Below are positions 9,712 to 18,761 of a DNA stretch of 64,000 nt, one piece after another. The notes beneath the pieces are model-generated. The model was not told the origin of the DNA. It saw only the letters and a program-made list of their open reading frames with translations, and made no database searches. Position 1 is the stretch's first letter. Each line of letters starts with the position of its first letter. Made by a program: the position numbers and the translations under genes. This stretch comes from a virus (taxonomy: Duplodnaviria; Caudoviricetes), in the IMG/VR virus record IMGVR_UViG_3300045999_008257, positions 225 through 64,224 of that record; one strand, written 5' to 3'.

Positions 9712-9956
9712 GATTCACTGGGAAGCAGAGAGATTGTAACACTATTGGAGGTGTTGGGCTTAACGCACATTTTTAAGCTGTCATACAAAGTTCCTTTGTG
9801 AACCACGCAATCAATTGATCTTACTTCAATAGATGCCGCTTTTTTGTCGATGGAGACTTCAAATGCAGTTTGATCACCAACAACAAATCGCACAAATTTA
9901 ACACCATCAAGAACTTTAACGTTTTGCGTTAAAGAATGACCGGTTTCAATGCGCAT
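9708..9956 (-). CDS. Hypothetical protein (start probably MRIETGH…)
   Basis: Promoter-like -10 at 9988-9993 and tandem repeat at 10021-10036 lie upstream of the ATG at 9956. Confidence 0.55.
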   Translation of the reverse strand: MRIETGHSLTQNVKVLDGVKFVRFVVGDQTAFEVSIDKKAASIEVRSIDCVVHKGTLYDSLKMCVKPNTSNSVTISLLPSES

Positions 9957-10039
9957 GGCCAGGGGGATTAGATCAGTGACAGATCCTATCGTAAGCCATC
10001 GCGGCCAACCCTCTGATGATTGCAACAAAATGAAACAAT

Positions 10040-11013
10040 CGGGAAAGCTACAGTATGTAACCCAATCTTCCCATGCCACGCGGTCGCCGCCGTACTCAAT
10101 ACGTTAGGGACAACTCTGGTCGCTTCGCCTCGACTCCCGGAGGCGGCCCGTCCAAATCATCGCCAGCAGCCGTCAGGAAGGCCGCTAAGGCCGCTACGCT
10201 GAAGGGCGGCAGCCTGGCCGCTCGGACGAGTCTCAAGCGGTCCAAGGCTAAAATGGCAAGCATAGACAAGGCTGATCAGAGTCTTAAGACTTCACTCTCC
10301 AAGCGAGCGCAAAAAGGAGCAGTAACTCGCAGTCAAAAAGCCGCTCGTGCCGCGATCAAATCCAGTCGCAAGCGTATTGAACCAACAAGCGCAACGCTAA
10401 AGCGAAACAGGACGGTAAAAGGATTGCTTTTGGTTGGCATAAAAAGAAAAACTAAGTTGATCAAAGAGCTAACCGCTGCAAAAGAAAAGAGGCAACAAGA
10501 GAAAAAAACCGCCGCTAAAGTTAGCGCTGCAATCAAGAAAGGGCCTGTACCGTCAAAATCAAAATCAAAGACAGCGCCACCACCCCCTCCGCCGTCAACA
10601 TCTAAGAAGTCAAATGATGGCGAACCTGTATTAGTCCAAAAAGAATCTAAAGCCCCTGGATACAAAATACCAAAACCCCCTGCTGGATATAAAGCATCAG
10701 AATCGCCTAGCAAGACGCCATCCAAGGGACGGAGAATGGAGGCACGCATTTCTACTATTAGAACAAACCGATTAAGGAAAGATGGATCGCCAGATCGACA
10801 ATGGAAAGCATATCAAACCGAAAAGCGAGCGGCAGAATTCTTGAGAGCTGCCGCTAGATTTGCCGAGCGAAAGGGTATTAGCCTAGATCAGGCATTGCGA
10901 AGCGGCCCAAAAAATAGCACGGCAAAAAGCAGGAAAAAGAAAAGAAATAGGTCTTAACGGGAAAGCTACAGTATGTAACCCAATCTTCCCATGCCACGCG
11001 GTCGCCGCCGTAC
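10040..11013 (+). repeat. Exact 56-bp direct repeat (10040-10095 = 10958-11013) covering promoter, leader and gene start; similarity continues ~250 bp and also matches 4430-4670
   Basis: Direct comparison by eye. Confidence 0.92.
10073..10957 (+). CDS. Lys/Arg-rich histone-like late protein, paralog 2
   Basis: MPRGRRRTQYVRDNSGRFASTPGGG N-terminus; late motif upstream. Confidence 0.75.
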   Translation: MPRGRRRTQYVRDNSGRFASTPGGGPSKSSPAAVRKAAKAATLKGGSLAARTSLKRSKAKMASIDKADQSLKTSLSKRAQKGAVTRSQKAARAAIKSSRKRIEPTSATLKRNRTVKGLLLVGIKRKTKLIKELTAAKEKRQQEKKTAAKVSAAIKKGPVPSKSKSKTAPPPPPPSTSKKSNDGEPVLVQKESKAPGYKIPKPPAGYKASESPSKTPSKGRRMEARISTIRTNRLRKDGSPDRQWKAYQTEKRAAEFLRAAARFAERKGISLDQALRSGPKNSTAKSRKKKRNRS

Positions 11014-12151
11014 CCAATACGTTAGGGATGCTTCAGGGCAGTTTGCCTCGACTCCCGGCGGTGGCCCGTCCAAATCCTCACCATCGGCCGTCAGGAAGGC
11101 TGCTAAGGCCGCTGCCTTGAAGGGTGGCACGTTAGCCGCTAGAACCTCGCTGAAGAAGTCCAAGGCCAAGCTGGCAGCATCTCCCAGTCCCCAGCAGAAG
11201 GGCGCTGTAACCCGTGGACAAAAGGCAGCCCGCGCTGCGATCAAATCTAGCAAAACAAGGCTAAAGACTGGCTCAGAATCTAAACTTCGCAAGGGTCTGG
11301 CGACAACTCTTTTGACAATAGCGAAGAGCAAGCCCAAAGCGAAACCTGTTGAAGCAAAATCTACCACAAAAGCAAAATCTACTGCTAAAGCAAAGCCCAC
11401 TGCAAAAACAAAGAAGACCACGACTAAAGCGCAACCTACGCAGAAAAAAGTAGAAACAAAGCCTAAAACATCAAAGAAAGTAGAAGTAAAGCAAGCTGAC
11501 AAAAAGCCGCTGGCCAGGAAGGAGAATTTTGCAGCACAACGCGCTAAGCGAATGGCAGAAAAAACAGGAGTGATTCCTGGCAGCAAGTTTGAAAGTGGTC
11601 AGGCTGTTAGAACAATGAGCCTGAAGGAAATGCGTAGTGCTGTGATTAAGTCTGTCAAAGGAGCGGGCAAGCTTTCAATGGCCGCAATTGCGGTTGGGGC
11701 CGGCACGGGAACAGGTATATCGAGGATAGAATCAGGCCGGATGCCTAAGACGCGCAGTGAGTGGGAAAGAGCCTATCGTGCTTTGGTAAGGCTGCCCATG
11801 AGTGACAGGGGAAGAAAAGAGAAGCCTGGTGTTATCAACGGCATTGATATTCACAAAAACTTTAGGCCATGGGCTGTTTTTGGATTGAACCCCAAGACGG
11901 CAAGTAAGGCTGATGTAGAACAAGCCTACCGAAGGATAGCAAAAAAGGTGCATCCTGATGCTGGTGGTCGTCAAAAAGATTTTGAACGGATTAAGTCTAT
12001 GCGTGACTCGATCGTTTCAATGAGAAACATAGGTGAACAGATGAAGATCGACGCCAAAAAAAGCAGCCCTAAAACTAGCTCAAAAGCCAAGAAAAAATCT
12101 CAATCTAGAACCAGGTCTTCTATACTAATGCTGCCGCCATCCAGATCGTAA
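10991..12151 (+). CDS. Lys-rich histone-like late protein, paralog 3, with a C-terminal DnaJ J-domain
   Basis: Same N-terminus; PWAVFGL…ASKADVEQAYRRIAKKVHPDAGG…DFERIK (HPD motif). Confidence 0.82.
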   Translation: MPRGRRRTQYVRDASGQFASTPGGGPSKSSPSAVRKAAKAAALKGGTLAARTSLKKSKAKLAASPSPQQKGAVTRGQKAARAAIKSSKTRLKTGSESKLRKGLATTLLTIAKSKPKAKPVEAKSTTKAKSTAKAKPTAKTKKTTTKAQPTQKKVETKPKTSKKVEVKQADKKPLARKENFAAQRAKRMAEKTGVIPGSKFESGQAVRTMSLKEMRSAVIKSVKGAGKLSMAAIAVGAGTGTGISRIESGRMPKTRSEWERAYRALVRLPMSDRGRKEKPGVINGIDIHKNFRPWAVFGLNPKTASKADVEQAYRRIAKKVHPDAGGRQKDFERIKSMRDSIVSMRNIGEQMKIDAKKSSPKTSSKAKKKSQSRTRSSILMLPPSRS

Positions 12152-12153
12152 TC

Positions 12154-12624
12154 ATGGCAACACCCTTTGCTCAGTTCCCTGGAATGCGCATGGTTTGGCG
12201 GCGGCCAACGGATGCCCCCGCTGATCTGCGCGAAGGCATCAGGCCAACGTTTGATACGGTTGTACTGGAAGCCTATGTTGACACCAGCGGGCCTAGCAGT
12301 GAGCAGCCCCTGGGCGGGCAGCATATTGGATCCGCTAGCGTGGAGGGCAATATCACGCGATGGGCCGTGCTGCCATCGGGCGCAGATTGGCTGGATGCCG
12401 GATCATCGTGGTCATGGGATGATTCGGGGCTGAGGCCAGCAGGGTTGCCGAGGGGGGAGAAAATGGCGGCTTTTTTGGGTGCTGTCACAAGCCTTCCTGA
12501 TCTAGGCGACGGTGAAGTTGGATGGTTGACTATTGCTACGATGTCTAGCGAAGGCGGAATTGATGGTATCGTAAGACAATTTGCGGGTGATGAATTTACC
12601 GGCACATTTGCAGCAGGAAGATGA
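12154..12624 (+). CDS. Putative head-closure / neck protein
   Basis: Position and size only. Confidence 0.45.
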   Translation: MATPFAQFPGMRMVWRRPTDAPADLREGIRPTFDTVVLEAYVDTSGPSSEQPLGGQHIGSASVEGNITRWAVLPSGADWLDAGSSWSWDDSGLRPAGLPRGEKMAAFLGAVTSLPDLGDGEVGWLTIATMSSEGGIDGIVRQFAGDEFTGTFAAGR

Positions 12625-13121
12625 AGGTAACGACAAGAGTTAAAGGCGTTAAACTAAACGCATCATTTACCGCAAAAACAAATCTTGCTGCTGAACGTGC
12701 GGCGGCATTTGTGTTTCCTGAAATCAATTCGGCATTCATGGCTGCAATGGGCGCTGAAGTGTGGCAATGGCCGCGCAAAACAAGGCGCAGCGGTAGTCGC
12801 ACAAAAGAAGGCAAAAAAACGCCTGGCATTATTGTTGGCAGTCCGCGTAATATCGTGGATCTTGGTACGCTAAGAGCATCAGGTTATTATACAATATCTG
12901 GAACATTATGCACATTCAAGTGGCCTGTAGTTTATGCTACAGCAGTGCATAATGGCGCCAGAATTCACCCGTGGGGAAACAAAAAGTTGCCGCTGGTAAC
13001 TCTACCTCCAAGACCTTGGACATCTGCTGTATTGGGCACAATTGCAGTGCCTGGCGTTGAGAAGTATCCTTATGGTAAGATGTTTAAGTTAGCGTTCATT
13101 TCTGCCTACCGTAAGCTATGA
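12621..13121 (+). CDS. Neck / tail-completion protein (HK97 gp10-like)
   Basis: RNIVDLGTLRAS…YATAVHNG…PRPW pattern. Confidence 0.65.
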   Translation: MKVTTRVKGVKLNASFTAKTNLAAERAAAFVFPEINSAFMAAMGAEVWQWPRKTRRSGSRTKEGKKTPGIIVGSPRNIVDLGTLRASGYYTISGTLCTFKWPVVYATAVHNGARIHPWGNKKLPLVTLPPRPWTSAVLGTIAVPGVEKYPYGKMFKLAFISAYRKL

Positions 13122-13888
13122 CAATCGACTTGATTCCCTGGGAGCAGGCTCCAAATGAAAAGCTAGAACCTGCAGAGATAAAGTGGAATGGAGGCATGTT
13201 TCTTGTGCCGCGATTAGGATATATGACACCAAATGAATTAACAAAAATCAGAGAGATTGATCCTGATAATGAAATATATCGGATGACATTAGACGCCACC
13301 GCGACAATGCACAAGGCGATGGAGGTGAATGAATATCACAGCTTGCCGCTCAAGCATCAGCTTTTTTTGATGCTTAGTACAATTCATTTTGAACACAAAG
13401 GTGTTAGATCACTGGGTTTTGAAGCTAATCCATTAAGAGAAGAGATTGAAACGAATTACAGAGGAATTCTTGATAATTATATCGCCTTAATTGGTGAACT
13501 AGAAAGGCGCATTATGGTGCGCAGTGCAACCGTAATGATGCAAAGAATTAGGCCTGAATGGACAGACGAGGCAACTGCTGAGTTTCCCGAAGCAATACTT
13601 CTTTCTTTGTATTCACTGCAACAACAAGAAGAATATACAGGTAGAAACGAAGATCCTGCAGAGCAGCGCCGAGCGATTGAGGAAGACCTAAAAAAGTTGC
13701 AAGCGGCGGTGCAGTCAATTGTGGCCGCACGGACTGGGTTGAAGCCTACTGGGAATGCCGCAGATTATGGCCACATGCTACAGAATTTGAGCGAAGTAGC
13801 TTTGGAAACCTCCCCGCCCCCTACGTCTCCGAAGCCCTTAAAAGAGGCTACAAAAACGAACGGGAAAGGCTTCACCGGGAAGAGCTGA
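13118..13888 (+). CDS. Tail assembly chaperone (gpG-like)
   Basis: Contains the slippery site A-AAA-AAG at 13690-13696 after EEDLKK. Confidence 0.7.
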   Translation: MTIDLIPWEQAPNEKLEPAEIKWNGGMFLVPRLGYMTPNELTKIREIDPDNEIYRMTLDATATMHKAMEVNEYHSLPLKHQLFLMLSTIHFEHKGVRSLGFEANPLREEIETNYRGILDNYIALIGELERRIMVRSATVMMQRIRPEWTDEATAEFPEAILLSLYSLQQQEEYTGRNEDPAEQRRAIEEDLKKLQAAVQSIVAARTGLKPTGNAADYGHMLQNLSEVALETSPPPTSPKPLKEATKTNGKGFTGKS

Positions 13889-14370
13889 CCACCGCTCAGC
13901 TTGCGCTAATTCACGCGGAATCTAATCGGAATAAAGAAGTAAGAAGTGAGCCATTTGATTTGAATGATTTTTGCTTCTTTAATGAAATAGAAGAAAAACC
14001 AAAACCACCTAGTGCAGCCGGCGCAGCCTTGCTAGCGCTATTGGATCAAGATTTGCTGCCGGCCTTTGCATTTAATGGCCCATGGCTTGAAGATCTGGCA
14101 CGCGAGGGTAAGGGCATTGATCCGCCGTCTAGGCTGTGCTGGGCCTCAGAAGATGCGATCTTGCTTGCGCCGTGGAGAGTCAGCCACGAAGAATGGGGAG
14201 GGATGTTGATAGCAATGCAAAGCGCTAATGATGCGGTGCGAACATTTTATGATGAGAAAGGCGCGTCTGTCACTTTAAGAATCCCCGAAAATGTTGTCCC
14301 TAAAAATGCGTTTAGCGCTGCTGACGGTAATGCCATTCTAATGATAGCAAGACGGGAAAACTTACAGTAG
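13696..14370 (+). CDS. -1 frame extension of the tail chaperone (gpGT-like)
   Basis: The -1 frame is open from the slippery site (VASGG…DWVEAYWECRRLWP…) straight into the ORF-track 13960-14370 ORF. Confidence 0.72.
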   Translation, partial: VASGGAVNCGRTDWVEAYWECRRLWPHATEFERSSFGNLPAPYVSEALKRGYKNERERLHREELTTAQLALIHAESNRNKEVRSEPFDLNDFCFFNEIEEKPKPPSAAGAALLALLDQDLLPAFAFNGPWLEDLAREGKGIDPPSRLCWASEDAILLAPWRVSHEEWGGMLIAMQSANDAVRTFYDEKGASVTLRIPENVVPKNAFSAADGNAILMIARRENLQ

Positions 14371-14391
14371 AAAACTTTCAATTGACAAATC

Positions 14392-15252
14392 ATGACCACA
14401 TCAGTTGCTTACACTCCTATTGTGGACAGGCAGCATTATATTGTGCCCATGCGGATGTCTTCTATTGTGCTGGAAGACGCTGCAACTGCCGCCGCAAACC
14501 AAGGAGCGCTGCTTAGCGACTGGATGGATGTTTCTAGTGTTATTTCTGGCGTCAAAGCAGTAACTTATTCTGGTAGTGGTAACACCTTTGAAGTCTTCAT
14601 TGCCCCAGAAACTTTCACCATCACAAATGTTGCGCGAGCAACTGGTGTTGTTACGCTTACATTTTCAGCTAATCCCACTGGAAAGATTGCCGTTGGTGAT
14701 TTTGTGAAAGTTGCTGCCACAACTAACACATCTGTTAATGGCACAGTTGAAGTCAAGACTGTTACTTCTACTGGCATTACCTATGATCTGGCTGGGTCTA
14801 ACATTACTGCGGTTGCTGATACGGGATCCGTCACCAGCGGCGCCTATCCCCTTGATGGGAATAGCAAGCCCATCATGCTGAATAACATCACTGGAGCACC
14901 ATTTTCGACAAGCACAAATACAGAATCGGTCATCACTGATGATGCCGCTACGCTGGGCAATGCCGTCACAGTGGCGCTTACCGATAGTCGAACCGCCGCC
15001 GTTAAAGGCATGACGGTGCATCGCGGAGTGGATCACAAGATCATGCAATTGTTCGACGCCTTCGGCACGTCTGAACAGCTCGCATTCAAATATCTGCGCG
15101 TCGGACCCGGTGGCACTAGTGAAAAGCTGTTGTGCTATGCTCAGCTTTCTTCAATCTCTGAGGATGGCGATAGCGGCACGCTGCAGAAATTTAACGCCAC
15201 AATGACCGTGCTGGGCCGCACTTACAAGATCTTTGATAATACTGCGGCCTGA
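14392..15252 (+). CDS. Major tail (tube) protein with an inserted Thr/Val-rich beta domain
   Basis: Own late promoter and terminator; tube-like C-terminus (…SEDGDSGTLQKFNATM). Confidence 0.7.
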   Translation: MTTSVAYTPIVDRQHYIVPMRMSSIVLEDAATAAANQGALLSDWMDVSSVISGVKAVTYSGSGNTFEVFIAPETFTITNVARATGVVTLTFSANPTGKIAVGDFVKVAATTNTSVNGTVEVKTVTSTGITYDLAGSNITAVADTGSVTSGAYPLDGNSKPIMLNNITGAPFSTSTNTESVITDDAATLGNAVTVALTDSRTAAVKGMTVHRGVDHKIMQLFDAFGTSEQLAFKYLRVGPGGTSEKLLCYAQLSSISEDGDSGTLQKFNATMTVLGRTYKIFDNTAA

Positions 15253-15263
15253 TAATTGCGGGC

Positions 15264-15301
15264 AAAAAAGCTAAGCCTTCGGCCAGTCCGAAGGCTTTTT
15301 T
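15264..15301. terminator. Bidirectional intrinsic terminator
   Basis: A-tract…AAGCCTTCGG-ccagt-CCGAAGGCTT-TTTT between convergent genes. Confidence 0.8.
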
Positions 15302-15309
15302 GTGTCTTG

Positions 15310-16437
15310 TTATTGCTTGACTTGAATCGGCATGATCAAATACGTGGACAAGTTATCATCACTATCTGAATCTGTAATTACTGCTGGAGTTACAGGTGTA
15401 TTGCAGCTTAATACAATTCGTTCGCATTTCAATGCTTTAACAGCATCTGTTAGATATTTCACGTTAAACGCTATTTCAAGCGGCTTACCTTCTAGATCCA
15501 TGGCAAGCTGTTCGGACGCCTTTCCACCATCCGCGTCAGCTCGAATGGACATCATGCCCTGTTCATCGTTAAAGGCAATCCTGACGGCATTGCTACCGTT
15601 GGATGCCATGGCCGCAATAGTGCCGACTCGGCCCAGGGAAAGAGCAAAAGCTTTTCGATCAATTATCACTGATGTTGTAAAGCTTTTTGGAATCAACTGC
15701 TCAACATTGGGATATGCCCCAGCAAACGATCGCGTAGTAATAGTTGTTGTGCCAGACCTTATGATCAATTGATCACGAGCCTTGGATGGCGTAATGCTAA
15801 TCTCTTCATCAGAAAGCCCAGCTATCTCCTTCATTGGAGCGATTGGAATTGTTAGATCAAGATCAGCAAGTGCATTAATTTTGTCACCAGGCACGGCAAA
15901 TGCTGCAACGCCAAGGCGATGGCCATCGGTGGCGGCGCAGCGAATTGTATTGCCAATTGTTTTAATGTTAACCCCCATCAAGATCTGTTTTGCTTCATCA
16001 GTGCTGCAACAAAAAGATACACTACTGGTAATCTTGTTTAACTCTGCCGCTGGCAACAAAATTGAATCACCCTGAATAACAAGAAAATTAGGAAAATCAA
16101 TCGGATCTGACGCTGACAGCTCGTAATTCCCTGATAATGACGATATGGTAAACCTTTCTTCTTCTAGGGAGAGAGATATAGGGCTATCAGATGGAAGTTT
16201 TGATACGATTTCATGCAAAAGCTTGTAATTCACAGCAGTAGATCCTGGCTTACTAACTTGCGCCAGAATCTTAGTCTTAATGCCAAGATTCAAGTCAAAT
16301 CCTGTTAGAGTCAACGATCCTTCTTCTGCCTTAAGCAAAACATTGGTCAGGATCGGGTAGCTGGCTCGGCCGGGGACGGCACGGCCGCAGCTGGTCAGCG
16401 CACGGGAGAACTCGGCCTGGGAAACGATCAATTCCAT
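15310..16437 (-). CDS. dnaN: DNA polymerase III beta sliding clamp
   Basis: 375 aa; ATDGHRL, YPNVEQLIP, IAFNVKYL, YLIMPIQV (cyanobacterial-type). Confidence 0.95.
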   Translation of the reverse strand: MELIVSQAEFSRALTSCGRAVPGRASYPILTNVLLKAEEGSLTLTGFDLNLGIKTKILAQVSKPGSTAVNYKLLHEIVSKLPSDSPISLSLEEERFTISSLSGNYELSASDPIDFPNFLVIQGDSILLPAAELNKITSSVSFCCSTDEAKQILMGVNIKTIGNTIRCAATDGHRLGVAAFAVPGDKINALADLDLTIPIAPMKEIAGLSDEEISITPSKARDQLIIRSGTTTITTRSFAGAYPNVEQLIPKSFTTSVIIDRKAFALSLGRVGTIAAMASNGSNAVRIAFNDEQGMMSIRADADGGKASEQLAMDLEGKPLEIAFNVKYLTDAVKALKCERIVLSCNTPVTPAVITDSDSDDNLSTYLIMPIQVKQ

Positions 16438-16637
16438 TGAGATGGGAGCGAATAGAAGTGGGGGTGGGGCTGATCAGGGCCAGCAATGAAGGCCCGGATC
16501 TGATCACCGTGGACATGAGCCACCCATGCCGAAACAGGCATGGTGACCATCAAAAAGCCTAGCATTATCTGCCAGTGAATTTTGGATTGTGTCTTTATGT
16601 AACGGCGTGAGCGCGTCATGACGAAGCCAGCAGGCAA
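16428..16637 (-). CDS. Small hypothetical membrane protein
   Basis: One hydrophobic helix; overlaps the dnaN start. Confidence 0.4.
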   Translation of the reverse strand: MPAGFVMTRSRRYIKTQSKIHWQIMLGFLMVTMPVSAWVAHVHGDQIRAFIAGPDQPHPHFYSLPSQWN

Positions 16638-16973
16638 GCGTATAGGTAATTGATAGTATTTTCGCGTGCATTATTGGCAATTTGTTGACCGATAGCATTA
16701 AGCACTGTGAGCTTAATTAGACTAACAAAAGCCTTTGGAGTGCTCGCTATATTAATACCTGAAACCTGATGCAACGAAATATCGCTTAATTTAATAGTAT
16801 TAACACGACTTGCAAGACCGCAAGCTCCTTCGATGCAAAATTTATGGCTAATACCTGGCAAATCTCTGACCTCAATAAGCCAATCAATTTCCATGGATTT
16901 GTTTCTCCAGCATAAAGGGCCAATTACGCCATAGTCTGAAGTGATCTCAATCATGTGCGGTGCGGGGGTGTTG
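16616..16973 (-). CDS. Hypothetical protein (start uncertain; probably MIEITSD…)
   Basis: ORF in the minus-strand operon. Confidence 0.4.
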
Positions 16974-17612
16974 TTTGGTTTTGCCCGACCGAAAGCGCCG
17001 AGCACGCTTAAATGTTAGTCCAAGGCACGCTATGGTTTCTCCGGTTACGATAGAATGCTGGATTCTATCTCTAGAAACGTTTAAGCATTTAGCCGCTATT
17101 AATGCGTTTTCCCATTCTTGGCCAGTCTCCACACATATTACAGTGTAAAGAGGCTTCTTCGGACAGGATAAGTGATCTTTTATTGAATCAACAACATCCA
17201 TATCTTCTATGACCGCATACAAATCATCACGCGAAACACCATGAAATAACTCTGGGCGCAAAAGTGCTAGTTGAGCTAGATTTTTTCTTTCAACATACCA
17301 ATAGCAATACTTGATGGGCTTAAGAATAGCTTTTATGTCAGGTTTTCTTGCCAGTCGCTCAGTAAACCATTTGTTCCATTTAAGCATTTTTCCCGCGTCA
17401 GCCAATCTAATGATTGATGAATTTTCTACCATTATTGAAAGACCTAGTTTTTCACATTTATTTATGATTGAAAACCGCGTTCTTGTTGGCCACTTGCGCC
17501 GCCTTGCTGCTTGATTATATCGCGTTACGGCGGAACGAAACGGATACTCGCCAACAAGTGCCCGCAGATAGTCAACCTCTTTCGCTGACCATTTGAATAC
17601 TTTCTTTTCCAT
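16947..17612 (-). CDS. Putative DNA-binding protein (N-terminal Myb/HTH-like, C-terminal NUMOD1-like)
   Basis: KWSAKEVDYL… and VICVETGQEW…AAKCL.VSR..I. Confidence 0.6.
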   Translation of the reverse strand: MEKKVFKWSAKEVDYLRALVGEYPFRSAVTRYNQAARRRKWPTRTRFSIINKCEKLGLSIMVENSSIIRLADAGKMLKWNKWFTERLARKPDIKAILKPIKYCYWYVERKNLAQLALLRPELFHGVSRDDLYAVIEDMDVVDSIKDHLSCPKKPLYTVICVETGQEWENALIAAKCLNVSRDRIQHSIVTGETIACLGLTFKRARRFRSGKTKQHPRTAHD

Positions 17613-17615
17613 GGC

Positions 17616-18362
17616 TTAATTAAACACCCATGCCCAGCCACTGTTGGGGCCTTCAACAAGCCAACGTGGATTCATATTTTTGTAGCTATAATGCAATCTC
17701 ATGCCATGAATACCTCCAGCTTTAACAAAGCCGCCATTGACTAGATCTTGCTCACCATAGGGATCATGCACAATCCAACCCTTGGCATCATATCCGATGA
17801 TTGTGATGTAATGACCGCCGCCGGTAGGGTTTGTCACGGGGCCATTGTGTAACATCCCAATAGCAATGGGCCGGCCATTATCAATCTCTTTTTTCGCTAA
17901 TTCCACTGAGCAGCTAGTGATAAAGCGATGCTTAACATCAAGCGAACCTAGAGCATACTTTACATTATTTTGATTTGTTACGTCTCCGTATTCTTTAACC
18001 AATGCAACAAAGTAATTATCGTCAACAATGCCAGGCTGGCAAGGCTTTTTAACCCTTAGATAATTGAGGCACATGGCAACTGATGTGGGCTGACATTCCC
18101 TCCAACCTTCAGGGCCATTATCGCCCTGGGCAAAATAATGAACTATCAACGGATTCGGAAAGCTTGGCGCTGGCGGGGCCGGGGGGACAGAGGGAGAAAA
18201 GGCCTTGGCCCATGGTGCATCTTCCCTAAGAATTTGATCCGCAGAAGCACCATCTTTGATTGCTTGATACAGCAATCGAACGCCATCTTTCTGATGGCTT
18301 AGATTTGAATAGGCTTCAAAGCGATCTAAAAACCGCTCAAATGACATGTTCATAGGTTCCAC
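17616..18362 (-). CDS. Peptidase C39-like protein, probable endolysin
   Basis: Q…ECQPTSVAM, GGGHYITIIGY, VHDPYG (Cys-His-Asp). Confidence 0.8.
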   Translation of the reverse strand: MEPMNMSFERFLDRFEAYSNLSHQKDGVRLLYQAIKDGASADQILREDAPWAKAFSPSVPPAPPAPSFPNPLIVHYFAQGDNGPEGWRECQPTSVAMCLNYLRVKKPCQPGIVDDNYFVALVKEYGDVTNQNNVKYALGSLDVKHRFITSCSVELAKKEIDNGRPIAIGMLHNGPVTNPTGGGHYITIIGYDAKGWIVHDPYGEQDLVNGGFVKAGGIHGMRLHYSYKNMNPRWLVEGPNSGWAWVFN

Positions 18363-18511
18363 AGTGAAACTGTCTCCCAGCCGAGAGAGTGAAGTCGTTC
18401 GAGTTCTGATTGCTCAGATCCTGGCGACACATCGTAGACTACAGGCAATCCTACCGCTAGAGGGGGCGGATTAACAGGTTCTTCACAAATCAGTCTAATT
18501 TGATCGTGCAT
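18350..18511 (-). CDS. Small hypothetical protein (MHDQIRL…)
   Basis: Fills the gap between the nblA-like gene and the peptidase, overlapping both. Confidence 0.4.
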   Translation of the reverse strand: MHDQIRLICEEPVNPPPLAVGLPVVYDVSPGSEQSELERLHSLGWETVSLWNL

Positions 18512-18681
18512 GGCGCCTTGGGGAGTGATTGTCTCATGGCCCACAGCGTAGCAGCCTTCTGGGCATACCATGCTTGCGCGAGCTGAGCGCATAGGCTCCG
18601 CAAGTTTTCAATGTTTGACTCTTCCTGAATAACGCGCAAGTGTCGTTCGAGTTCAAATTGTTGCGCCAATGACAATTCCAT
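18490..18681 (-). CDS. nblA: Phycobilisome degradation protein, NblA-like
   Basis: 63 aa; LSLAQQFELER…IENLRSLCAQLAQAW..QK, the helix-loop-helix pattern of NblA. Confidence 0.72.
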   Translation of the reverse strand: MELSLAQQFELERHLRVIQEESNIENLRSLCAQLAQAWYAQKAATLWAMRQSLPKAPCTIKLD

Positions 18682-18704
18682 TGAAAATCTTGCATTGCCT
18701 TGCC

Positions 18705-18753
18705 ATATTACTCGAAATATCCTAAAATAAACCGATCTGTAACAATTTGAAAA
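18705..18753 (-). promoter_or_regulatory. Promoter with HLR1-like tandem repeat and -10 TAATAT (representative of about 14 copies)
   Basis: TGTAAC…TGAAAA at 10-bp period, 27 nt from ATATTA. Confidence 0.65.
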
Positions 18754-18761
18754 ATTAACAC

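Noticed and set aside
10333-11586. Hydrophobic antisense ORFs opposite the Lys-rich genes
   Set aside because: The reverse complement of AAA/GCN-rich codons gives F/L/A-rich shadow frames.
17386-17395. Minus-strand copy of the late motif (CGGGAAAAAT)
   Set aside because: Mid-gene and several hundred nt from the next start; probably chance.
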